Shown: positions 1-14,636, counted from the stretch's first letter. The stretch is 64,000 nt of DNA from Eledone cirrhosa (GCA_964016885.1 OZ024740.1:140740001-140804000), one strand, 5' to 3'. The notes: generated from the sequence alone by a model not told the origin. Program-made: numbers and translations.

Positions 1-61
1 AATAAAGTTTAAGCAAAAAATAGAGCCCTCTTTGGATTTTAGTCTTCAAATTTATTATTAT

Positions 62-65
<4 letters not shown>

Positions 66-154
<89 letters not shown>
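66..154. repeat. (TA)n microsatellite
   Basis: Pure TA run. Confidence 0.99.
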
Positions 155-157
<3 letters not shown>

Positions 158-231
158 GATGTCCTCCAAAAAGGTATACACACTTTGATTAGAATGGTGT
201 TGAAGTGTATATACATTTTTTGGACACCCTG
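155..231. mobile_element. Tc1/mariner-type MITE (77 bp)
   Basis: Imperfect ~30-bp TIRs CAGG(A/G)TGTCC..AAAAA(G/T)GTATA(C/T)ACACTT, TA on both sides. Confidence 0.7.
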
Positions 232-637
232 TATATTGGAAAGCGGCTGGTAAAATGACGGCGATGATAATGATGATGATTTATATATATATATATATAA
301 TAAAATGAAGCCAAACTAGCAGAAATCTATTTATTAATGAAAGCTAGGGGTAATAATTTTCTTGAGAGAGCAAACATAAAAAGAAATTGTTATAACTTAA
401 TTAGCACAGCTCAGTTATCTTCAGGAAATTGACACTATTTATGTTGTAACTATTTTAGCTTAACAATTAATCAAATATTTCTGGATATTTTTGCAAGTTA
501 ATATTGTCATGTTCCTAGTTAAACATCTTTTAAATGTCAGATTAAAAATAGATATTCTTCAGCTGAAGGTAAATCAATACTTACAAGTTTTTGTAAGAAA
601 GAGAGGTGGAGAGATGAAAGGAATGTTATATATGTAT

Positions 638-1021
638 ATCATCATCATTTCATTTTACGTCCACTTTTCCCTGCTTGCAAGGGTGGGACGGGAACTGATT
701 CTGGCTTGATTTCTACAGCTGGGTGCCCTTCCTAATACCAACCTCATTTACAGTAAGTGCTGGGTGCTTTTTTCCGTGGCGCCTACACGTCCACTTTACA
801 GTGTGGGCTGGGTGCTTTTTTGCCGTGGCTCCTCCACAACCACTTTGCAGTGGAATGATAAGGACTTGGGTCCCTATCATCTCATTTCTACAGCTGAGTA
901 AACTGGAGCAATGTGATATAAAGTGTCTTGCTCAAGGAAACACCACATCACCCGGTCTGAGAATTGAACTCACAACCTTTCGATTGCAAGGCCAATGCTC
1001 TAACCACTAAACCATGTGCCT
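638..1021 (-). mobile_element. tRNA-CORE SINE with RTE-derived 3' tail
   Basis: tRNA-like head (TGGTTTAGTGG A box, GAGTTCAATTC B box), CORE-like CCTTGAGCAAGACACTT, RTE motif GTTAGGAAGGGCATCC (variant here), (GAT)n tail; 4 more copies in window. Confidence 0.85.
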
Positions 1022-1029
1022 AATGTATG

Positions 1030-1068
<39 letters not shown>

Positions 1069-1345
1069 TCAAATGAATCACTGACTTGATTTTCTCATTT
1101 TTTCCTCTCTTTACGTTGCCTCACCATTCTTGTTTGTTCACCTGTCTCTCTTTCTCCACCCTATTCTTTTTATCCCAATAACTTATTTTAGCTATTGTTC
1201 GCGCTAGCCGGAGGTATCTGGTCTGTAATGCGAAGAAATACCTATGATGGCTAGCAGACCACTGATGATGGATAGTCCCGGCTTCTCTTTCTAATTTTTA
1301 CTTAATATGTATCACATTCACAACAGCACAGCGCGCCATTTTTTA

Positions 1346-1426
<81 letters not shown>

Positions 1427-1812
1427 CATCATCATCATCATCGTTTAACGTCCGTGTTCCACGCTTGCATGGGTTTGGACGGGGGTTTTCCCACTTGAGG
1501 CAAGAGTGATTGTCTTGCTCGCATAGGACTGTCTGGCAGGTTTTCTACAGTTGGATGCCCTTCCTAACACCAAGCACATTTACAGTGTGGGTCTGGGAGG
1601 TTTTTACCGTGTTGCCTACACAGCCACATTACAGCGTGGACTGTGTGTTTTTTTGTCGTGACACCTACACGATCTCATTTGTTTCGGCCTGGATGTTGTG
1701 GCACCAACATAACTTTACATAGAAGGGGGCGGTGTGGATGGGGTGGGGGTGGTGGGATGGGGGTGTATTTTGTTAGAGATGCCTACTGACTGTAGTAGGT
1801 TTTACTTTGTAT

Positions 1813-4800
1813 TTAGGTAAGGCGGGTCTTCTCTATTACCGAGTACCGCCAAAGGTCTCGGTCCAGTGACATTGTCTTGGAGAGGTGTAAGTGTGTGAGG
1901 TCGGAGTTTATCAGCTCGTCCCAGGTTTTTCTGGGTCTGCCTATTCCGTGGCTACCGCCTATCTTTATTGCCCTGCACTTTGTTATACAGCTATCGTCCT
2001 TCATGCGCATCACGTGACCATACCAACGTAGCCTTCTCTCTAGTAAACAACATCTGATCCCTCTTATTTCTAATTTTTTCCTTAGTTCGTTTATGCTTTG
2101 TCGTTCACGTATATTACTATTACACATCCAGCGGAGCATGCAAGCTTCGTTTCTCTCTAGTCTGCGTATATCCTCTGCACACAATGCCCAGGTCTCACTG
2201 CCATGCAACATTGCTGTTCGTATGCAGGCATCGTACAACCTGCCTTTCATTTTTAGGGAGAACCCTTTAGCGGCTAATAGTGGTATAAGCTCTCTGAACT
2301 TTTTCCACCCAGTTCTGACTCTAGCTACTGTACTTTCAGAGCACCCTCCCCCACTGCTGATTTTGTCACCCAGGTAACGGAAGCTGTCCACTATTTCTAT
2401 AGAACCCTCTGCGCAGTTGAAAGAGCTAGTATTTTGTGGGCACTTACCTGTGATCCCACTACATCTTTTATGAACCCAAACTTTACATTTGGGACACAAA
2501 ATGGAATTTCTACCTACGCCTTTCCTACACTCTGCGCATGGCCACTTCCCGGAGGGGACCGCCGCCTTATTTTCTTTCTTACAAACTAGAACTTTAGTCT
2601 TAGCCAGGTTAATTTTAAGGCCTTTTGATTCTAGCCCGTGCTTCCATGTTTGGAATTTCTTCTCTAGCTCGGCCATTGATTCAGCTATGAGCGTTAGATC
2701 ATCTGCGTATAGGAGTTCCCATGGGCAGCCGGTCTTGAACTCCACTGTTATAGCCTGGAAGGCAATAATAAATAGTAGGGGGCTAAGAACAGAGCCCTGA
2801 TGAACACCAACTTTTACACTAAACTCTTCACTATATTCGTTGTTAATTCTAACCTTGCTGACTGTTTCTTTATACATGGCTTGTATAGCTCTCACAAGCC
2901 ATTCATCGACACCTAGTTTTCTAAGAGCCCACCAGATAATGGAACGGGGGACTCTGTCGAAGGCCTTCTCCAAGTCGACGAAAGCTAAGTATAGGGGTTT
3001 ACTTTTAGCTAGGTACTTCTCCTGTAGTTGTCGTACAATGAAAAGAGCGTCTGTGGTACTTTTTCCTGACACAAACCCGAACTGCATTTCATCTAGATCA
3101 ATTCGCTCTCTGATTAGTTGCGCTATTACTTTTTCCGTGACCTTCATGACCTGGTCGATTAATTTAATGCCTCTATAGTTACTCCTATCTAGGGCATCTC
3201 CTTTACCCTTATAACAGTTAACGATAATGCTGCTACGCCAGTCCTTCGGAACAACCCCATTCTGTATGACTTGGTTGACTATCCGGGTGACCATGGTGTG
3301 TCCCACCGTACCAGATGCCTTCAGCATCTCGGCAACTATTTCCGAAGGCCCAGCCGCCTTGCCTGTCTTCATATCTTTGATTGCCTTACTTATTATACTA
3401 CCCTCGACTAACACTGCTGGTCCCTCTATTGGGTCAGTGTGGGGGAGACTGTCTTTCTCCCATTTATTCTCCTCATTGAGTAGCCTTTCATAGTGACACT
3501 TCCAAGCTACCTTCTTATCGGCGTCGGTGATGGCAAGTACGCCGTCATCGTTAAGTACACACTTCTCCCCGACAATATCACTGTTTTCCTTGACACATTG
3601 CCTAGCAATCCTGAACACCTCACGTTTTTGGTCCTCACGTTGTAGAACATGCTTGAACTTTCTTTCCTCTGCTTCCCTTCTTGCGAAGTACATTTGTCTC
3701 CTAGCTTCCCTCCTGGCCACTTGATAGTCTTCTCTGCTTCCCCCATCCCGCCATACTTTCCAAGCCTGCTTTTTGGCCTTAATTGACCCCTCCACCTTAC
3801 TGTTCCACCACCATGTTACTCTCCTCCTGCCTACAGGCCTGCTCCAGCCACAGACTTCGTCTGTCGCCGTCAGCAGGTTTGCTTTCAGGAATTCCCACTG
3901 TTCCTCTACCTTGTACGACTCTATTTGCTCTTCCTTACTGTCGAAAGCATCAAGTAATATGCTTTGGAATTTATTTTTGGCTGTTGGGTCCTTTAGCTTC
4001 CATATTTTTCTCCTGAGGGTAGTCCTCCTCTGTTGCCTAGTACGTCTCGTCCTGACTATTAGGTCGCTAATTATCAGTCTATGTTGGGAGGTGCATTCTT
4101 CATGGGGGAGGGATTTAGTGTTTACAACAGTCACTTTGTCACGTCTTCTGGTAAGGATATAATCTACCTGGCTGGTATGTTCCCCTGATCTGTAGGTGAT
4201 CAAGTGATTGTCTCGTTTTTTGAAGTTAGTGTTGCAGATGTTAGGTTATTTGCGTCACAGAATTCCAGGATTCTGGAGCCTTCCTCATTTCTAGTACCAA
4301 ACCCATAGCCTCCATGGATTTCGTCGTAGCTGTCACAATGTTGTCCAACGTGACCGTTTAGGTCGCCTGCAATAATTATATAGTCACTGTCGGTTATTTG
4401 GGAGGTAGTGAGCATCAGTGTCTCATAGAATCTGTCTTTTATAGTGCTGGGCAGTCCGGATTGGGGTGCGTACACGGATATTACTGTCACCGTGGTTCTA
4501 TTGAGGACAAGTCTTATTTTAATTATTCTGTCGTTCACTCTATTTACGTCTATTATCTTATCTGCCCACTTTTCTGCTACCATGATTCCTACCCCACCCA
4601 GCCCATTGTCATTTCCCACCCAGAAAAGCTTATAGCATCGTTTTCTACCCACAATGAATCTAGCAGATCCACCCCTCCACCTGGTCTCTTGAATACAACA
4701 AACATTGACCTCCTTACGTTCAAGCATTTCTACAACCTCGTTAGAGCGACCCTTTAAGGTGCCTACATTCAAGGTACCAAATCTGAAGTTTTGGATTGCG

Positions 4801-4923
4801 TTTGGGGGGGTGGGAAAGGTGGGGAGAGGGGGGAGATGGGGTTGTGTTAGCCATCCGCGGCCGAAACAAAGAGGCATGTTCGCATTCTCGTCCTCGAGGT
4901 GTGTTTGTCTTTAACTTTGGCAT
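1813..4923 (-). pseudogene. RTE-A APE-RT ORF, two frameshifts and an in-frame 60-bp deletion in the PHD finger
   Basis: ORF pieces 4741-4983, 4200-4877, 1813-4203; GITGK|CPQ versus [21 protein letters not shown] in other copies. Confidence 0.9.
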
Positions 4924-5033
4924 TGTCGCTGAGCGTCCAGATTTTTCTCTCTTCAACTCTCTGAAACTCCGTAGTCCTTCCATCCTACATACCGAAGGCG
5001 ACCAGGTAAGCGATAGTATAGGCCTCTGGCTTA

Positions 5034-5080
5034 TGATTGGTCCACGTGATAATAATGGTGGTGCGTGGGGGCGGGAGGGA
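5034..5080 (-). promoter_or_regulatory. GC box + CCAAT box in RTE-A 5'UTR
   Basis: CCTCCCGCCCCCAC and GGACCAATCA conserved with the otherwise diverged 5'UTR at 40851-40893. Confidence 0.5.
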
Positions 5081-5272
5081 GGGGTCTTGAGTTGTTAGCG
5101 AGAAGAATAGGTTTAAGTTAGATCCTAGTATTTTACGAACGTAAACAAAAATACAAGATTTGTTTAGTAAGATACGCCAAAAACTTCCGTATTTTACAAT
5201 CAGGACAAAATACAAGAGATTTGTTTTGGAAAATACAGGAGGAAATAGGTATATATATATATATGTATATAT

Positions 5273-7340
<2,068 letters not shown>

Positions 7341-7377
7341 ATATAAGATCAAAAGATGGTTAAAGGAGTTCCATGTA

Positions 7378-7444
7378 TTTTATTATGCGCATTTCAAAAA
7401 CAAACATCATCATGCAATAATATTTGTGTTTTCATCAGATAAAA
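7378..7444 (-). ncRNA. Type I hammerhead ribozyme
   Basis: TTTTAT-CTGATGA-long stem II-GAAA-TGCGCA-TA-ATAAAA. Confidence 0.85.
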
Positions 7445-8737
7445 CAGGAGAACATGATATGAAGGCTAAAAAACACTTGTGGATAGTGCAGTTTTAAATC
7501 AACATATGAAAAGTGGTTTTAGATTGATGTGTGATATTGGGAAAAATATTTTATTTAGAGAGGGGGGGGGGTTGGAAAGGATGAAAAAGGGGAGGAGATG
7601 AGAGGGAGAGATGGGTGATAGAGAGAAAGAGATAGTTTTTATAACTGAGAGGAGATATATTGTTTTACATAGAGAGGTTGAAAACCGTTGGAAGATAATG
7701 TATAAATTAAAAAAATTTGAAAATTAACGAAAGGAGGATATGTGCGAGGAAAAAGTATTTTATTTAGGGGGGGGGGGGTGGAAAGGATGAAAAAAGGGGG
7801 AGGAGATGAGAGTGAAGGTGGAGAGGGAGAGATGTGTGATAGAGAGAAAGAGATAGTTTTTATAACTGAGAGAAAGATATATTGTTTTACATAGAGAGGT
7901 TGAGAACCGTTGGAAGATAATGTATAAATTAAAGGAATTTGAAACTTAACGAAGGGAATTTATGTATGAAGATAGAGAGAAGAAATAATAATTGTGGATG
8001 AATATTCTAACGTCAAAAAAGGGTATGTTGATAAGTATTGTGGCAATTTCAAAATTAACGAAGAGAAAAATTATTAAGGTTTGTGTGTAGAAGGATTTGA
8101 GAAAAATAATGTGAAGTTAAAGTTTGTATATTGGAGGAATTGATAATATATGCGAATAAAGAGTTAATATGTATTAAGAATGAGTTCGTTGATGGGGAGA
8201 AAAAAATAATAAATTAAGGATGAAATTGAGATTAAAAAGATTTATGATAGAGAGAAAAAAATAATGATTGCGGATGAATATTCTAACGTCAAAAAAAAAA
8301 ATGTATATGTTATGAAGGATTTTACAAGGTGAAGATAGAATGAGGGTAATGAGTAAACAAGTATTATAGAGTGTATAATGCCCTTTAAAGTATGGTAGGA
8401 AGATGGGTATATTTTAAAGAGGTGTATGTATATGTGCCTTTGAGAAAAGATTCTAAATTAATAAAGAATTGAATATTAACTGTATACTTTGTGAAAAGTT
8501 CTATGGAATTTATGCAGGCAGATAGAAAACAAATCTGTACGTCTATTTATTATAGAATCTAGGTTAGAGATAATGGTAAATTTTTCATTTAGGCAGAGAT
8601 TACAGATTTTAGATAGAGAGCTGTTCAAGTATGAGGATGCAGAAGAAACCTTCTTCCAAAAGATGGTATATTTAATGTTTTTGTCTTTTAAGGACCATAT
8701 GAGTTCTGAGAGAGCAGTGTTGGTTCTTTTAAGTTTG

Positions 8738-8804
8738 TTTTATCTGATGAAAACACAAATATTATTGCATGATGATGTTTGTTTTTGAAATGCGCATAAT
8801 AAAA
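8738..8804 (+). ncRNA. Type I hammerhead ribozyme (inverted copy)
   Basis: Same motif as 7378-7444, on + strand. Confidence 0.85.
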
Positions 8805-8933
8805 TACATGGAACTCCTTTAACCATCTTTTGATCTTATATTATGTATACTCCAGTCCTACAAACTGTAGAGTGCTTCTTATCCGATATCTGCATTGCTT
8901 TATTGTACTACAATAAAACTCACCTCCTACATT

Positions 8934-9974
<1,041 letters not shown>

Positions 9975-10086
9975 AGGCTTAGCTCTGTTTCTCGACCGTT
10001 ATATCGCGTGACTATCTCCCCCTCCGCCTTTTGGGATTCTTTCTCACGTCGTGTAGACGCGTTCTTGAGACTAGTAAAATGAGGTA

Positions 10087-10174
10087 TCCTCTTGATAAGT
10101 CGGCAGACCTCGCAAGGACGCTATATCTTTGGTATATTGTTTTTGTTTATGCCACGAAACTACGTAGTCGAGGA
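10087..10174 (+). ncRNA. Type I hammerhead, U3-A8 core
   Basis: TCCTC-TTGATAA-GT(C)GGCA...TGCCAC-GAAA-CTACGTAG-TC-GAGGA. Confidence 0.85.
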
Positions 10175-10677
10175 ATTTAGGAACAGTTTAGGTATGATAC
10201 ATTTTATTACTAATTATATCTAAATGTTTCTTCTCTCTTCATAATGTATTTTTAACTCTGATACTGGTTCAGTCTGGTTCAAACTGAATTGGTCTGTCCC
10301 AGTCATTCATTGAGCAACATCGGTGAAGTTGGCACCCTTAACTCACAGTTGGGTGCGGATGCATTCATGTATATATGTGTGTGTCCGCATGTATCTGTGT
10401 GTTTCTAAATGTATTAATAACTCCCTCTGGTCGAGCAATCTTTGAAGTGTGGGGACAACTGGAAAGCTTCCATTACTCATACTTCTCGCCTTCTTCACTA
10501 CCTCTTCTACGGCCTCGATATGAATACCCCCTCCGCCTCCGTGGTATTTTTTTCGTGGTTATAAGAGGCTTAGCTCTGTTTCTCGACCGTTATATCGCGT
10601 GACTATCTCCCCCTCCGCCTTTTGGGATTCTTTCTCACGTCGTGTAGACGCGTTCTTGAGACTAGTAAAATGAGGTA

Positions 10678-10765
10678 TCCTCTTGATAAGTCGGCAGACC
10701 TCGCAAGGACGCTATATCTTTGGTATATTGTTTTTGTTTATGCCACGAAACTACGTAGTCGAGGA
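10678..10765 (+). ncRNA. Type I hammerhead, U3-A8 core (copy 2)
   Basis: Same sequence as 10087-10174, offset 591. Confidence 0.85.
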
Positions 10766-11026
10766 ATTTAGGAACAGTTTAGGTATGATACATTTTATTA
10801 CTAATTATATCTAAATGTTTCTTCTCTCTTCATAATGTATTTTTAACTCTGATACTGGTTCAGTCTGGTTCAAACTGAATTGGTCTGTCCCAGTCATTCA
10901 TTGAGCAACATCGGTGAAGTTGGCACCCTTAACTCACAGTTGGGTGCGGATGCATTCATGTATATATGTGTGTGTCCGCATGTATCTGTGTGTTTCTAAA
11001 TGTATATATATATATATGTATATATG

Positions 11027-11061
<35 letters not shown>

Positions 11062-11096
11062 ATATATATATGTATGTATATATATATATATGTATG

Positions 11097-11145
<49 letters not shown>

Positions 11146-11146
11146 G

Positions 11147-11260
<114 letters not shown>

Positions 11261-11266
11261 TATATG

Positions 11267-11655
11267 TAATATAGTATTTACGTATCGAGAAAGAGAGAAA
11301 AAAGGAGGGATAGGTGATACATATAGTTATTTGCCAAGTAGCGTATGCCAAAGGTGCTCGATACTAGTGCCGGCAGTATTAAATATTCAAAGTGTTAATA
11401 TTTAGTGGGCTAGAGAGTTAGCAGAGCGTAAGCACGTGGGAAAGTGAAAAATCGGAGAATAGACCGTTAAAACATGTTTATTGAAAATATCACCTACGTA
11501 CGTTTCGCCCAGTTGGGCTTCTCAAGGGCATAAACAGTCACAAGTGTTCCTTATATAGTTTGGAAAGAGATTTGGTGGTTAAATCGACATCAAGATTCAT
11601 TGTTCGCAAAAATATCTTGTTTTGATTTTGCAGCAGGTCAAGGGAGGTAACATGA
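11267..11655 (-). mobile_element. Penelope-like 3' fragment
   Basis: C-terminus ..TMNLDVDLTTKSLSKLYKEHL* resembles PLE endonuclease ends and is immediately followed by a hammerhead. Confidence 0.55.
11488..11532 (-). ncRNA. Minimal hammerhead, U3-A8 core
   Basis: CC-TTGAGAA-GCCC(AACT)GGGC-GAAA-CGTACG-TA-GG; weak stem I. Confidence 0.75.
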
Positions 11656-11695
11656 TATATATATATACATATATATATGTATATATATATATAGG

Positions 11696-11724
<29 letters not shown>

Positions 11725-11726
<2 letters not shown>

Positions 11727-12716
11727 CATCATCATCATCATTTTACGTCCGCTTTTCCCTGCTTGCCTCATTTCTCTCCAGCCGTCACATATCCTCTGCA
11801 GTTGCTGCCCATGTCTTACTACCATGTAGCATCGTGCTCCTCACACAGGCATCATACAACCGGCCTTTCGTACGCAGGGAGAAACCCTTCTTCGTCAACA
11901 GAGGAAGCAGCTCCCTAAACTTCTTCTAACCCGTCCTTATTCTAGATACTATGGCCTCGGAACACCCTCCTCCCATGCTAATCTGATCTAGGTACCGGAA
12001 GCTATCCACCACTTCTATAGCGCCCTCTTGCATTTGAAAAATGTGTCTATCAATGCGACTTCTACTGTCTAATTTCCCTGTACACCTACTGCATACATAT
12101 TTCTCCCTACCTGTTAGTTTCCCTGCTATCCCGCTACATCTCTTGTGTACCCAGGATCTGCATTGTGTGCATTTTATAGAATTTATGCCAGTTCCTTTTC
12201 TGCATATCGAACATGGCCATTTCCCAGACGGAAACAGGGTTTTGTTCTCTTTTCTACTCATCAACACTTTTGTCTTAGCTAGATTTATATATATATATAT
12301 TGTCTCACCAAGAAGAGGGCATCTGTTGTACTCTTCCCAGGCACAAAACCAAACTGCATCTCATCTAGTTTGACCCTTTCTCTAATTAGTTGTGCTAAAA
12401 TCCTTTCTGCCACTTTCATAACCTGATCTATCAGTTTTATACCCCTATAATTGCTCCTCTCCAAAGCATCCTCTTTACCTTTGTAGCAATTTATGAGAAT
12501 ACTGCTGCACCAGTCTTTGGGTATGACACCACCATATATAGCCTGATTGATGATGCGTGCAACCAGTTTAGTGCCTACATCCCCTGATGCCTTTAGCATC
12601 TCAGAAACTATTCCCGACGGTCCAGCAGCCTTACCATTTTTCATTTCCCTAATCGCCTCTTGGACCCTATATTCGTCAATCTCAATAGCTGGTCCCTCTG
12701 TCGGATCTCTCTCTCT
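11725..12716 (-). mobile_element. RTE family C, internally deleted fragments
   Basis: Colinear with 25875-27615; two deletions, one replaced by (TA)n. Confidence 0.9.
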
Positions 12717-12840
12717 ATATATATGTATATATATATATATATAGTAATAATAATAAATTTGAAGACTGAAATCCAAAGAGGGCTCGATAAGGATAAATAG
12801 AGCAAATATTTATTAATCTGTTATTTAATCTGTTATTTTA

Positions 12841-12875
<35 letters not shown>

Positions 12876-12878
<3 letters not shown>

Positions 12879-13462
12879 ACGTTGGTATGGACACGTGATG
12901 CGCATGAAAGTCGATAGCTGTATAACAAAGTGCAGGGCAATAAAGATAGACGGTAGCCACGGAATAGGCAGACCTAGAAAAACCTGGGACGAGCTGATAA
13001 ACTCCGACCTCACACACTTACACCTCTCCAAGACAATGTCACTGGACCGAGACCTTTGGCGGTACTCAGTAACAGAGAAGACCCGCCTTGCCAGTAGGCA
13101 TCTCTAACAAAATACACCCCATCCCACCACCACCACACCCACCCCATCCACACCACCCCGTCCTATGTAAAGTTATGTTGGTGCCGCGCCATCCGGGCCG
13201 AAACAAATGAGATCGTGTAGGTGTCACGACAAAAAAACACACAGTCCACGCTGTAATGTGGCCGTGTAGGCAACACGGTAAAAACCTCCCAGACCCACAC
13301 TGTAAATGTGGTTGGTGTTAGGAAGGGCATCCAACTGTAGAAAACCTGCCAGACAGTCCTATGCGAGCAAGACAATCACTCTTGCCTCAAGTGGGACTAC
13401 CCCCGTCCAAACCCATGCAAGCGTGGAACACGGACGTTAAACGTTGATGATGATGATGATGA

Positions 13463-13465
<3 letters not shown>
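12876..13465 (+). mobile_element. RTE-A 3' fragment
   Basis: [15 protein letters not shown], 3'UTR, (GAT)n. Confidence 0.9.
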
Positions 13466-13520
<55 letters not shown>

Positions 13521-13521
13521 G

Positions 13522-14000
<479 letters not shown>

Positions 14001-14044
14001 GTAAATATATATATATATATGTATATATGTATATATATATATGT

Positions 14045-14161
14045 GTCAGGTCACCAGTTGGTGCTACTGGTAACATGTATCCCAGTACAACCTGTCCCAT
14101 GGTCGGGTCGTTGGCGACTAAACTGGCAACCCAACCAAGGTTTCTTAGTGAGGAGGGTGAC
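14045..14161 (+). ncRNA. Twister-like ribozyme (degenerate cleavage loop)
   Basis: P4 ACCTG/CGGGT with loop TCCCATGGT, 3' TGAG-GAGGG, P3 TACTGG/CCAGTA, possible P1 GTCA/TGAC. Confidence 0.5.
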
Positions 14162-14636
14162 TTTGGACATACTGCAGGACTAAAAACAAAACCTGTCAAA
14201 GGGCAAACGACCTCTTAAGAGTCAATGGCCATCCAAAATCACCGGGAGAGATGACCCCTTAGCCTTTGTCAAGGCAGAATTCTAGGAGAAGGAAAACTCT
14301 GATATAACACCTGCAACTCTGATGGCATCCAATGATGTTGACTTGTTCTTCTTTTTGGTAAATATCATCTTGGTTAAGAGAGTGGGACTGGCTTTGTGCA
14401 GTGCCTTTGCTCACTATAAAAGCTTCACGACACAGGCATTGCTCTCTGCACTTGTCGTGACATGGTACCATGGGCCCAGCACTATGTGTCAATAATTGTC
14501 ACAAGTGTAGTGTTTGTACCAGAGTTTTCAAGTCGCTGGCTGGATTAAAAATCACACTCGTTCAGCGCATCGGTAGGGGTTCTCCTACATGGATATAAAG
14601 TAGTGGCTGTACTCGAAAACGAGTTGGCAGCCACCA
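14045..14636 (+). mobile_element. Bipartite non-autonomous RTE derivative (5'UTR + C-terminal C2H2 finger/3'UTR)
   Basis: RTE 5'UTR motif TAGGAGAAGGAAAACTCTGA; [24 protein letters not shown] (1-nt frameshift) at 14500-14576; second copy at 62882-63276. Confidence 0.7.

Larger units (their letters stand above)
1425..5250 (-). mobile_element. RTE-clade LINE family A, full-length copy 1 (frameshifted)
   Basis: APE (NVGTL, CIQETRW, GDLNGH) plus RT ([20 protein letters not shown]); ~390-bp 3'UTR ending in (GAT)n; 5' end at (TA)n. Confidence 0.95.
7339..8933 (-). mobile_element. Naiad-type Penelope-like element, 3' fragment with inverted terminal copy
   Basis: GIY-YIG C-terminus (ALSELIWSLK..CNLCLNEK..CLHK) on minus ~8483-8736; long 3'UTR; 7339-7445 inverted at 8737-8842 plus ~90-bp tail. 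Confidence 0.85.

Noticed and set aside
723-1010. Recurrent ~60-95 aa ORF (..FLQLSKLEQC..CSNH)
   Set aside because: Antisense translation of the SINE; start and frame vary among copies
1725-1765. G-quadruplex in RTE-A 3'UTR antisense strand
   Set aside because: G-runs vary among copies and there is no evidence of function from sequence alone
2093-4757. Plus-strand ORFs overlapping RTE copies (and equivalents elsewhere)
   Set aside because: Antisense shadows of the RT/APE reading frame
14045-14130. HDV-like ribozyme reading of the bipartite element 5' end
   Set aside because: P1/P3/L3 could not be assembled; twister-like pairing fits better
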